A stretch of DNA of 64,000 nucleotides, taken from Podarcis cretensis (taxonomy: Eukaryota). Below, piece after piece: positions 11,801 to 23,768 of the stretch. The first letter of the stretch is position 1. Every line of letters starts with the position of its first letter. Both the position numbers and the translations under genes were made by a program. The stretch covers positions 42,842,001-42,906,000 of the forward strand of contig OX638155.1 of NCBI GenBank assembly GCA_951804945.1. The letters are read 5' to 3'. The notes below the pieces were generated by a model. The model ran no database searches. It was not told the origin of the DNA and worked only from the letters and a program-made list of their open reading frames with translations.

Positions 11801-14800
11801 ACATCCCAGCTCATCCATCCTTTTATAAAATAATCTGAAAACTTTATTGATTGTCTTCTTTAAGTATTTTTACTATTCATTTATAGGGACCTCTTATGCT
11901 CTCTTTTTTCAATAAAAAGGCACAAAAGAATCAAATTTATTGCCTTTTTACATTACTGTCAGCTGATATTGGGTACTAGCTGGGTTTCACTTTTAGAGCT
12001 CTGTCTGTGGAAGAAAGATGTTCTTTGGCAGCTGTGTTTAGTTCTTGAGATCTAAGGTAAGATGGGAGCAAGAAATGTGAATATAATATCTGTTGATAAA
12101 ATTACAGCAGATACGAAATGGATGGAGAACTTTACATCTACAAATATTTCTGAATAACAATCTAATATTTTATATCTTGTACTATCAAAAGGAGCACCCC
12201 CTATTTCTGTTCTTGTTTGGCCTTATGAGAATGAGAAGGCTTCTTGTAAGTATTCATCATTATTTTTTTATTTTAAAATTTTGTATTCCGCCTTACTTGT
12301 AAAACTACCAAAGGCGGCTACAACATACCATTAAAACAACAACATAGCAGAATAAAATGAAAAATGAAAAAGCCAAAGTAGCAGAAGCAAACCCCCCCCC
12401 CCCCAAAAAAAAAAATATCGATAAAAAGTATAAATTGATAGCAGTTGGCCAAATCAAAGAAAACAAAATAAAAATCCAAATTTCAGTTTAGCTCAGAATC
12501 TTATTTAGAGTGGCCTTTACCCATTTAAGTTCTTGGCTTGATGGAATTTCTTAAAAGAGAACATTTCACAGTGTGCCACAACAGAAAGCACTCTGTTCTG
12601 AGGAAATGTTTGTGTGGCACAGATATTGAAAAGAGTGCATGGAAGTGATACATACAGAGAAGGCAGTTCCTTTAGATTTGCAGAGTGTATGTCTCTGGTG
12701 CATCTGCATCCCAGTGTTTCAACCATTAACTAATCCAGAAAATGTATAGTTTACTTAATCAAACCAAAGAAAAAAATTCAAAGAAATTCCTTGGTGGAAC
12801 TGGATTTGAAGTAGTACGCACAAATGTTATAAGGTTTATTCATGCCATAGAATAGTTTTCTCCTTGGTTCATCATTTTGCTGAGAGAGAATTTGAAAGTT
12901 CATGTCCATTTAATATGCCTAACATAACATAAGAATGGCTGCAATAATTTCTGTAGTATCAGAAAGCAGCACATATATTGGCAATGAAATATAGTTCTGT
13001 GTTCATACTTGTAGCCTTATGCACACTTCATACATTTTTGTAAACAAATGTGGCCCAGTCATGCTATTTTAAAAGATGATGTGAGAAAAGGGATATTATT
13101 ATGGTGTTTTGTTCGTGATAAATGTATTTGTATTGTGTAATAGTGCCTCCTAGGGGTGATACCTGACATTTCATAACCATTTTTTCAATTTAAAAACTGT
13201 AGAAATTTAAGCAGCTACTTCAAATTATCATTGAAGACTTTCAGTGTTAGACTTCCTTGCCTAGTTCTAACATATGGCTTTAGGGATGCAATTCCATTAC
13301 TGGACAGGCTCAAAATATGAAGGAAGTGACATAAGTAAGCTCAAAATGTTACCTACTTTAATGGCAAACTTCTTCATCCCTTCCCCTAGGATTGATGAAA
13401 TTTCATGGCTTATCTTCTGCTCCAATGATGGCAGTTGGTCTCCCAAGGTGAAAGAAACCCCATCATTTCCAGTGAACAGAAAATTGCCTGTTTTTTCAGC
13501 AGGATTAGAAGGGCACTCGTCCTATTTCACATACTAGCTACACTTTCATTAAACTGGCTTGCTAGTATGCTAAGGAAATTAATACTTGAGCTAGAGTTAC
13601 ATGATCAGAAGCACGGGTAAAATTGTTGCTTGTGTTCAGCATTCCCTTTTCTCCTTCCTGTCTGTTGTTCAGGTTCCCAGGATAACAGGTTTATTTCCAA
13701 GGATGACGCTCAAAACACTTTTCCCAGCCATACATACAGCCTCTCAGCTTAGCTCCCATCCCTTTGAAGCAGCCTTATTTGGGGTGGCAAGGACTATATA
13801 TTATCTTTGTGAGAGAGCTTTTAACAACAAGTGGACACTCTCAAAGGTTTGCCTTGCACTGCTGCCTATATACTTTCTTAGTCATCTTTTTCTCCCCTCA
13901 AAAAGGGGAGAGCTTTCAAAGCTATGGCAAGAATTAACAGCCTAGATTGTCACTGGATTCTGATTCAAGTTGATTTCAACATCTGTAGTCTTTTCTGTGC
14001 ATGTGTAGATTCTCTAATCAATTTGCTGGGGAACAGAAATCACTTATGAAAGGACAGCAAACTAAAAATGCAACATCACAAGATTATTAGGGAAGGAATT
14101 GTCATAATCTGAAATCAGTGGAATTTTAAATAATAAAAATAAAAAGCAGTGGAAAGCCAGTTGAGAAGAATTAAAAAATTATTTTAAAACCACTTATCTG
14201 AAACAACAGATGTCCAGTTTTGCCCAAATTCTGATATTTATACATTATTTCTCTCTTTGTGTGTGCCAACTCAGCAAGCAAATATAATCACTAACCAGTG
14301 TTTATAAATCAAGTAGGTTTAAGAAGCATATTGAATTCTGAGGATTTGTGTAAGGACATCTGAGGGAAATTTTAATATATTTGTTACAATAACATTGAAT
14401 TGCAGAATATATACAATGTAGGTTTTCTTTCTCTACCAGTCTATCAATATTTACTATATTTTACCTGATTAAAGTTACTCCTTTATTAGTTTTTGATAAG
14501 TAGCAATATAAGAGCGCAAGATATATATGGGACACTTTCAGTCCAGTCAAATGAGCCATTTCCACCATGAAAGCAGTGCTATTAGCTTCAAGGCTCCATC
14601 CTGCTAGTAAAACCCCAAAGCTAGTTAAATTGTTTCTGGTGCAGGAAGAACTATAAAGAGAACGGAAGACTAGCAGCAGCCTGTGGGTCTGCACACATTA
14701 GTGGCTTGAAACACAGCAAGTTCATTTTTCTCTGCTGTGTTTCAAGTCTTAGTTGCACAGAGTTTTCCACATTAGGGAGGGGCCAGGGATGACTTCAACC

Positions 14801-17800
14801 GATGCACATGGCATTTTTGGTCTCCTTCCCCTGCAACCCCCCTGGAACCCTTGTTCATGAAGCTGTCATCTGCACCTGAAAAACCACTGTTAGGCTATGT
14901 TCATGTTCCTGCCTACTCAGCATGCAGTTTTCTAATCAGATTGAATCTGGTTTGAGGAGGGAAAAGCCTCATGAAACCTCAGCAATTCTTGTCAAGAAAC
15001 CACAGGATTGGTAAGGATTGTAGCTAACAACATGTGAATGTGATTTCAAAAATTAGCAGTGTGGGCGCGCTGGATGCAAAGTAAGTGGTAGTATGAACAC
15101 ACCCCAGATTAGAATATAGAGTGGAACTGAATGGATTTTCCTCACTTTGGATTCTGAGATACCTCTAACAGCTCCATGAGGCTGGGTTATGAGCCGCCAC
15201 CCCTAAAAAAATCCCTGATCATAAAAGGTGCTTCCAGATGGGTGTTTATTAGGAGATTGCAAGTTTTTTCTGCAGTGACCACACAGTGTCATAAGCATCA
15301 AAACGCCAGCCTTTGTTTTTTGCCATGTAATTAGACCCTTTCCACAGAAAATCCAATAAATTAATTTTTAAAAAACACCCATTGCCAGTGAAGCCATTTA
15401 TGAAATCTGAAATCTGAATGCCTCATTTACAACGCTAAGCCCCGTTGGAAGCACTCTTAAACTATTCCATACTCAGACTGTTTGTCATGTTCAATAAAAA
15501 TTGGATTCAGTACATATTTAGAAACGAAAGTTAAACTCTCATAAAAACAACAGTATTATAGATATTAAATTATTTGTGGGGAAGAGTTGCTAGGCACAAA
15601 CCAGAGAAATTTCTCCTTAGGAAAAATGAAAAGGCATGACAATTCTCAATGCGTCTCCCATGCATTTTAATGAGGATTGTGGAAAAGGCATTACAAGTAT
15701 ATTTTAGCAACTATTTTAAATACATGGTGATGAATCACAGTCACGTTTTACAGCCTGTTGGGTACAATTAACATAAGATGGAAATTAAATTGCTTGGATC
15801 TAAATAGATCTTTTGTCCATCATTCCCTGCCCCACCCCCATATCTGACCTCCCATGTCCTATCATGATTTTGAAGCTCCTTTCAGTTTCAAAAACAGTTT
15901 GCCATACAAAAAAGGGGGGGGCAACTGTTGGGGCGGGGACACAAGTCCAGTAGAGTTTTTGAGATCATGGGAGTAATTCCCTTGTTGTTTGGATCCTGGC
16001 CAATATTATTAGAGACACGCAGAGTGATACAGTCAAGACATACTGAGACTCACATGATGAAAAACCTCCTTCAAGCACTAAAGACTTTGTGGTCCTTTTC
16101 AGATAAACATCAGAATTTACATAACTGACCTTCTGGTTCCCAGGTTCTGGGAATGCAGTCAGACATGCTTGTCATTTTGAACTCATGATTGCTTGTGCTT
16201 CTGCTATATCAAGTTTATTCAATATTAACATGTGTTCAAATCCAACAAATAGTGGATTTTCATTATTTTCATTTTTAAAATCTTAGAAATAAAAAGATAT
16301 TAGACAATGTTGTACACTCATTTACATGTACTCATGATAGTGGAATGGATTTTGTATGGAACTGGAAACGCCAAATGCCTCTTTCAATAAACTTCAATTG
16401 GACTGCTCAATGACTTGCTTTCATTAAAAGGATATTAGCTGATACGTAATCTCATTGCAACATCTCAAAATATATTTCCATAAGAACTCAGTATCTCTAT
16501 CATTTGTTTTAATGTTGCATTGCAGTTTGGTTGTCCTTGTGTTAACTTCTTGAAAATGAAAAAAAAAAAAGCATTTAGACCAAAATTATTATTTTTTTGC
16601 TCATGTCTGTAGTTGTACATAGATTATTTTTTTAACAGACATAATATTTTCTTTATCTACTGTAGTGGAGAACAATAGAGCATATTCAAGAAAAAAAACC
16701 TAAGAGACACAATAAAGCTATTACAAATAAATAAAGACAAATAAAGCTATTACAGAACTCCAGTGTAGCTGGTAGTAATGGGTCCTAAAGTATTCATTAA
16801 GTGCTATTTTAAATGGTTGCAGTCAGTAAAGACAGCTAAGGGAAGAATTTAAGCAAATACTATTAGAATTGAAATCTTTTAAAAGGCTATTCCATGTATT
16901 ACAAAGCAGAAAAGGTTGAGGTTGTGGTCTATACTGGCTCTCTAGTGAGTGTGTCTGTATGGTGCACACATTTCCAAACTTTAATTTTTCTCTTTCATTC
17001 TCTGAAATGGTATATCACTTTGGTGTAATCCTAAGTATACTTAAATGGAAGAAATTATAGCACAATAAATAGTGTTGTGCTAATAGTAGTAAACTAGGAG
17101 ACTTGGACAAAAGTCCACTTAACCCTGACACTCACTGGCTATCCTTGGACTGGGCACATGCTCTCAGCCTAAGCTGCCTTGTGATGATAAAGTATGAGGG
17201 GGTGGCAAAGATAAATATAATAATGATGATATAGTATAGAAATTCTCATTGAATATGGTGGACTAGCTTTCAAAAGCCATCCAGTTCTGCATGTCCAATT
17301 AGATTCAGTTCTGCATGTCCAATTAGATTTTGGCTTTGTGTTCCTCATCCCAATGCAGCATCATGGACTGCTTTTGAAACATTGGGGTATAGTCAGTATA
17401 TTGATATGGTGTTAGTCTGCTGTTAAAAGGAGGGAGATAGATATGCTCAGAAGAAATGTTCTTGGGGGTAGGGGACATAACTACTGCATGGAGGTCAACC
17501 ACAGGTAGGAGGGGGTTTAGTACCACCACGCATGCATCCATTTGCATTAAAAACTGAACCACTTTCCCCTACTTGATATTTTATGAATTGTATCCAGTTG
17601 TGCCTCTCTGCTGATGGAAGGTGGGGAGGTGGTTTTGGCAAATTCTCCCTTTCTCCTGCTGGTCCATACACTCATCTGCCAAAAGGTCTCCAAACCCTCT
17701 TGATCAGATTTGGAGGGGGCTGCAGACTGCCCACTGTTCAGGTAATGAGGCCTTTGCTGGATCAAAGTGCCTTCTGTCAGCAGGGAGACACAACTGGATA

Positions 17801-20800
17801 CACCTTTCAGTCCTGAAAGGTACACTCAAGGCAATTTACAACATTGATATCAGTTAGACAATGTTATGAAAGCCAAGAGTCTTAAAACAAGTTAACAGAA
17901 CAAATCCACAGGCAGGAATGAATTAAAAACTAATCAAAAACCTGCTGAAATAAAGTAAATCTTAACCACCTACCTAACAATCATCGCTGAATAGGCTAAT
18001 CAAATCTCTTTGGGAGGAGGCAGTTGCACAATCTGGTACCCCAACTGAAAAGCCCTGCCACAATCACAACAAAATGTGTCTCTCCTGGTGTTGGAACATG
18101 AAGCGAGGCCTTGGGTCAGCCTCCATCACTATTTTGATAGATTCCCTGCCAATCAGATACAATGGCTTTGATCCAGAGTTCTGAAGAACAGAACTCCACT
18201 CACTTAAAGAAATGGAAATAAGTATTTTTTGTTTATTCTCCCTTAGCCCTACATCCCTCCTGGGGGGTTGAAGGCCTCAAAGGCAGCGTGGTAAGGGATT
18301 GAAAGGGGAAGCAGGCAAAAGCCACCTATTCTTACTTGCTCTTTTTGGATTGCAACCCATTCTGTGAATAGAAGGAGTCTTTCTATTCACTGAAAGCAAC
18401 TCAGGATCCAACCCAAGACCTTATAATAAAACTAGAAACAGAAACTCTTTAAAAACAAAATAAAACAGATCAATAAAAGTTTTTTTTTTTAATTTAAAAA
18501 GCTTGGGAAATCTTTACCTGGCATTGGAAACACATTAGAAAGCATAATTGTTTTCTGAAATGTGATGTTTATGAAACACATTTGGCTTTGCTTTGAAGCA
18601 AAGTATCCTTCAAAGCAAGCTGTATTAAATTTTGGCTCTTCAGAAAAATAGCATCTTCAACAATACCAAGAAAGTAATTATTACAAAGGCAAATTTCACT
18701 CAGTTTATAGACCTTTGTGGGCACCTTAAGCAAGATGAAGTTTCTGTGTGTATTCCATTTCTAGATTGGTAAGACTGCAGTTTTTAAAATATATATGGTG
18801 GCTCCTAAATGCACATTTTTATCTGGTATACATCATAATTGATTTTTTTCTTCCTAAAAGACAGAAAATCTTTAGACTGTAAAATTAAATAACTTGCAGC
18901 GGATCTTAACTGCATATTTGGTTTGCAAATTGGATTTCCAAATGTGCAGTATTATGCTTCTTTGCTTATGGAAATTTGCTGCCATTGTTTCTGACAGCTG
19001 ATAATGTTGGACTTGGATCTAGGCTAAAGTCCTAGCTCCACACCATAGACGACTGGTTGCCCTTGTACAAGCCAGTAGGGTCAACATACCATGCTGCAAG
19101 ACTTACTGTGCCCTGTTAGAAAGCACAACATAGTGGGATGTGCAAATAATTTCTGTCTTTTAGCTAGATTTATTTAATCAATTACAAATAATTGGGAATT
19201 GGTGTTTTATCCTGTGGTACCATCAGTGCTGAATGTGTATTCAGCTTAGCATCAATTTGCTAGGGAGTTTTAGCGTCAGAAAGCAATTCTATATTTGTGT
19301 CACAAATATCACTGTATGTAACTGTATGAAGTTTAAACTGATTGTGTAACATTATACAGGAACAATATAACCTGTGTGTAATGTTAACTGTACTGGATAT
19401 TTAGAATACTAAGTTACCTACATATGATACCACAGAATAAAGTTTTCTTTGGGATTGGGCTACTAACCATTTCTCGGTCTGTTCTAGGCATCACAGAGTG
19501 TCAGGCATTTCAGTGAAAATAAGCGCCTGTGTTTTCAGTGGCAGGCAACATTATTTTGCATTTTTCTGCATCAGAACACACATCTATAATGTGAGGTTCA
19601 TAATACAGTGATTGGCTTAATAAATGACTATGTTTTTAGTGAGCATTAGACCCCTTTGGTTGCAAATTCTAAACTCTTAGCCTTCTGGAAACATGTGATG
19701 CCTCTGGACCAGATATACACTTCTGGTTTGGGTGATGAAATCTTTTCTCTCCTCAACTTACTAACCAGGTGACTGGCTCTCTAGGCTGGTGGCTATGAAA
19801 TTATGTGAGATACATATTTAAAATAGAACCTTTTGGCTTTCAGGAGGAGTTTTGTTACCCAGTGGAATGCCTGGCTCTTACAGTGGAAGAAGTAATGCAC
19901 ATCCGTCAAGTGTTAGTGAAGGCCGAGCTAGAGAAGTACCAGCAGTATAAAGATGTCTATACTGCCCTCAAGAAAGGAAAGGTAAGGATGCTCATGCTGA
20001 TTTTCCCAGAGAACCGGGATTGAATGATGAAGAAAAAATTCAGCTAAATGTTATTAGAGCTCCTGAAATTAACAAATTAAGGCCTGCATCCATCATGTTA
20101 AGTAATCTTCCCCCACCCTCAGCTCAAGGATTTATTCTTTTGCAATAGGATTTTCTCACCTTCTTTTTCCCTTGCACATCCCCTAAATCTGTTATGGGTT
20201 TCCCCCCAACCCTCCAAAGCAGATTTAGGAAGGAAGGAAAGTCCCATTACCTAAGCATATGTTTTTGAGCTGACAGTACAGTTACTTGATGCTATATTGG
20301 ATAAAGTCAAGAATAGCACCATAAAGCCATACATTTCTTTGAGTTGTTGAGTTGCATGTAATTCTAGTCATTTGAGAATGGTGGAAATGCTTCAGTCAGT
20401 TCTTACTGAACTCTTTGAAACTTCTTTCTGAGTAAGAATGCTTTTAAGATTGTGTTGTCAGATGACTAATTCGAGTGCTTTCTTCTAGATTAAGTAAAGG
20501 GCTATGAAACATTTCACAAATTTAATTGCACTGGTTTAATCTATAAGGCGGCTGGTTAACTTTACAGTTTGGATGTATTGGGTTGCAAACTACTTCTTCT
20601 CCTTGCCTGACCCCCAAATCTGTTCCAGAAGCTTTCCCAACCCTCTGAAGCACATTTTGATGTTGAACAGCTGGTTGCAAGGGAGAGGAAAAGTGGGGGG
20701 AGTTGTGCTGCTCATCATAAACTCCATAAGCAGAAGTCCTGTGCAAAGGCTTCTGCTTGTGCAGTTGGGTTTCCCCCACTGCATGCTCCCTGAAATGGGC

Positions 20801-23768
20801 TCTGATTGTTCCATTTGCCAAGCTGATATACTTGTGCAGACAGAACATTCGTAATAGTATGACATCAATTTCTACCCTTTATCTTTACTGATAATTTTTT
20901 TTAGATGTTAGTAAATTGATTTTCTAGAAAGACCTACTAATGCTATGGGCTCTTCTCAATTTTTATAGCTCTGTTTTTGTTGCCGAACAAGGAGGTTTTC
21001 TTTCTTCACCTGGTCCTATACCTGTCAGTTTTGTAAAAGGTAAGCCTTTGGTTTTCATAGTAACCAGTAACTAGTGAAGGCACTGGAGCAGAATTCTGTT
21101 TGTTTTATTTTTAACTTTTTGTGTTACATTTTGTATGTAATTGAAGGAGAAAAGGTGATATTTGTACTGTATTTAGGAGTAAAGGAGAATTTGAACAGGG
21201 AGTTTTTGTGTTTTCCTAGATAATGAGTAGGGATGATTAGCAAATGCTCATTATGGGATAGGACATAAGACAGAATAAAAGCACTTTCAGATTTAGTGTT
21301 AATATTTGAAGTTGGTAGAATGACATAAAAAGAACAAGTTGCCAAAGAAGGGAGTAGATGCTACAACAACATATCTCAAATGCCTTGGTTGCGGAAGTTT
21401 CTCAGAATCAATATCTTAAGAGCAGGAAATGGATGAATGATATTTAGTCCCCTTGGTCTGCACATACATGCTCACTAATACAAACTGCTTGCATGAAATT
21501 ATAAGAAAACATTGCCACTCAAGTTTAATGCTCCTGCGAGTTTCCCATAAGAGCCATTTAAAATTTGCCATCTAATCTTCTAGGATGTGATTAAATAAAA
21601 AGAAGAGTGCTGACTTCGAGTCTGAATGGGGCTCTTGGGTTTTTCACACATTCCATTCCTAATTTCCTGATAATGGTTAAGATCTATAGGTCTATGGAAA
21701 CATGCCAATCGTGGCTTGTGAGGTCCCTAAACTTCTCATCTAAGCTACAGTATGCCCTAACATTAGGCAACACTTTTGTAGCTCAGGACTGCAGTTGAAA
21801 CATGAAGATGGGCAAGACCCAGGCCATATGCTCAATATTCTTTGGATGACAATCCTTTGTTTTTATTTTTTGCCACCTCCTGAGTTCTGGTATTTAAGCT
21901 AAAGCCAGTGAAATTCAAAAATAGTTCGTAGCTCGTAAAACATTTTTACTAGGAAAGAACAATACAACTTTTGAAGAGACACGTCCAGTGCTGTCCTACA
22001 AAAGTATTATACAATTAGCTGAGTAAGTTATATATTTTCTTTTTCTTTTATAGGCCTGTATGCTCACAGTGTTGCAAGAAGGTAAGTTCAGAAACCTATA
22101 AATCCTTCATCTTCTTAAAATCTGTGGTGTGATTCATCACTATCTTCATCTTCAACTATAAAGTACAACAGGAAAAAATTTCAGCAGAACCCCCCAAAAA
22201 ATCAGTTTACAGCATCCCCTGCTTTGAATATACTTGCCATATATACACAGTAGTGTTCATGCACTCATATTTCTTTTCTTACAACATCTGCAATATATGT
22301 ATTTGCAACATTTTTAAAAATGGGACTCCTGTAGAAGTCTGCAGGGAATGTATTGCTTTGGTATCTCTATGGTTAACAAATTCTGGGTCATTGCCACTGG
22401 GAATATGCTTGTGAAAGTTGTACAAGCCCACATAACGGCACTGTCTCTAGGTAGCTCAATCTATAATTGTTATTCTTTCCTTTGTAACAGATGCGCCTGC
22501 CATCAAAGCCATATTCTACACTTCCCATCTTTTCTCTGGGACCTTCGGCTTTACAGAAAGGAGAGAGTTTTATGAGGCCAGATAAACCTTCCACTAGCCA
22601 TCACCGGTCCCTTAGGGGCATGCCAAGGTAAGTGATACTTCTGATTAAGATTAGACTGCTTATCTACTACCAGCTACTTTCATGGACTATATTCCATAGT
22701 TCATTTTATTTGTGGGCAATTAATTGTTACATATATTTATTTCTAAGATGCTCTGCACCCAATCTTGCATGCTGAAGTAACTTTAGAGAAATATTCATTT
22801 AATTATCTATTCTTCAAGCCACAATAACCCACTGTTAAAATCCAGTGTTGCTCCAACAGACGCATCATAATTTCCTTTCATCACCACCCTCCTAATTCTC
22901 CCAATCAGCTCTACATTGTCCCAATTCTTTAGAGCAGATTTTGGAGGTGTACAAAGGGCTGCAAGATTATAGCAGAAGGGCAAGTTTCATTTGCATGAAC
23001 AGGATGCTGCAATCGGACATAATGTTTAGTTTTTAAGGTTTTGCTGCAAGAAAAGAACTTGCTTAGCTTTTTAAAATTAAAATTTGAATTTGCATTTGTC
23101 TTTTTTGGTACTCACTAGTCATAAAATTTGTTTCATTATTTGCTAGAGAAACATAACTAGTTTTTCAACTTAAGGTTGCCGTTAAAGTTATAGAAACAAT
23201 GTGCAAAATCATATATGAATCTAATTTGCAAAGGTTTATTTTTCTCTTGCTTGTATATAACCATTTTCTAAGATAAACGCCTTCATAACTGTTAGCCAAA
23301 TAGCACAATTTTGCTATGATTAATCTGTGTTTTGCATTAATCATAACTGGCCACAAGAAACACCTCTCTCCCCTGACACAATATGTTAGGAAGTAAAAAG
23401 ACCTGTGAGAGACAGATTTGTTATTTTAGAGTGCACAGAGTTCACCTCTCTGGTACAATTGGAAAGCTGACTAACCCTAATAAGAATAGAATTGTTGCTT
23501 TGTTTTCAGGTTATCCTCAAAGTCCAAGTCTGTAGATAAATCAGATGAAGAAGCACTGTTTCCAAAAGAGCTAATGGAGGACTGGAGCACCATGGAAGTG
23601 TGTGTGGACTGCAAAAAGTTCATTTCGGAAATCATCAATTCAAGCCGCCGCAGCCTCTCCCTGGCTAACAAGCGAGCCAGATTAAAAAGGAAAACCCAGT
23701 CATTCTACATGTCCTCCCCAGGCACCTCGGAGTATTGCCCTTCTGAGAGGACTATCAATGAGATCTGA
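5687..23768 (+). CDS. SPIRE1: Protein spire homolog 1 (actin nucleator), 3' part of gene; exons 5687-5853, 8387-8477, 10451-10593, [13673-13846 alternative], 19844-19981, 20969-21039, 22054-22081, 22491-22627, 23510-23768
   Basis: Spliced translation gives [13 protein letters not shown]...[39 protein letters not shown], the Spir-box [32 protein letters not shown], the FYVE-type [33 protein letters not shown] and the C-terminus ...[12 protein letters not shown]. All introns are GT-AG and in phase. 5' exons lie upstream of the window. Confidence 0.97.
8387..8477 (+). CDS. SPIRE1: SPIRE1 exon ([30 protein letters not shown])
   Basis: ttctag|GAG ... AAGG|gtaaga; 91 bp, phase 0 to 1; missed by the ORF track. 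Confidence 0.9.
8792..9561. mobile_element. Non-LTR retrotransposon (RTEX-like, C-terminal CxC...HxxxxC zinc motif), 5'-truncated and 5'-inverted
   Basis: 14-bp TSD ttgacaacctttgc (8778-8791 / 9562-9575). Minus-strand ORF open from ~9490 to 8977 ([23 protein letters not shown]). Plus-strand 3' end with aataaa and cttga-type tail at ~9490-9561. Confidence 0.8.
10451..10593 (+). CDS. SPIRE1: SPIRE1 exon ([17 protein letters not shown]...QSSRSL)
   Basis: ttatag|TG ... CTT|gtaagt; 143 bp. Confidence 0.95.
13673..13846 (+). CDS. SPIRE1: SPIRE1 alternative cassette exon C / exon 13 (mitochondrial targeting, 58 aa)
   Basis: gttcag|GTT ... AAG|gtttgc; exactly 174 bp, phase 0/0, [58 protein letters not shown]; same position and length as mammalian Spire1C exon C as recalled. 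Confidence 0.88.
19844..19981 (+). CDS. SPIRE1: SPIRE1 exon, Spir-box
   Basis: tttcag|GAG ... AAG|gtaagg; 138 bp. Confidence 0.96.
20969..21039 (+). CDS. SPIRE1: SPIRE1 exon, FYVE-type zinc finger part 1
   Basis: ttatag|CTC ... AAAAG|gtaagc; 71 bp, [23 protein letters not shown]. Confidence 0.95.
22054..22081 (+). CDS. SPIRE1: SPIRE1 28-bp micro-exon ([10 protein letters not shown])
   Basis: ttatag|G CCT GTA TGC ... AAG|gtaagt. Confidence 0.93.
22491..22627 (+). CDS. SPIRE1: SPIRE1 exon ([18 protein letters not shown]...)
   Basis: taacag|ATG ... AG|gtaagt; 137 bp. Confidence 0.95.
23510..23768 (+). CDS. SPIRE1: SPIRE1 last coding exon
   Basis: tttcag|G TTA TCC ... [15 protein letters not shown] ... 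INEI TGA. Confidence 0.96.
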
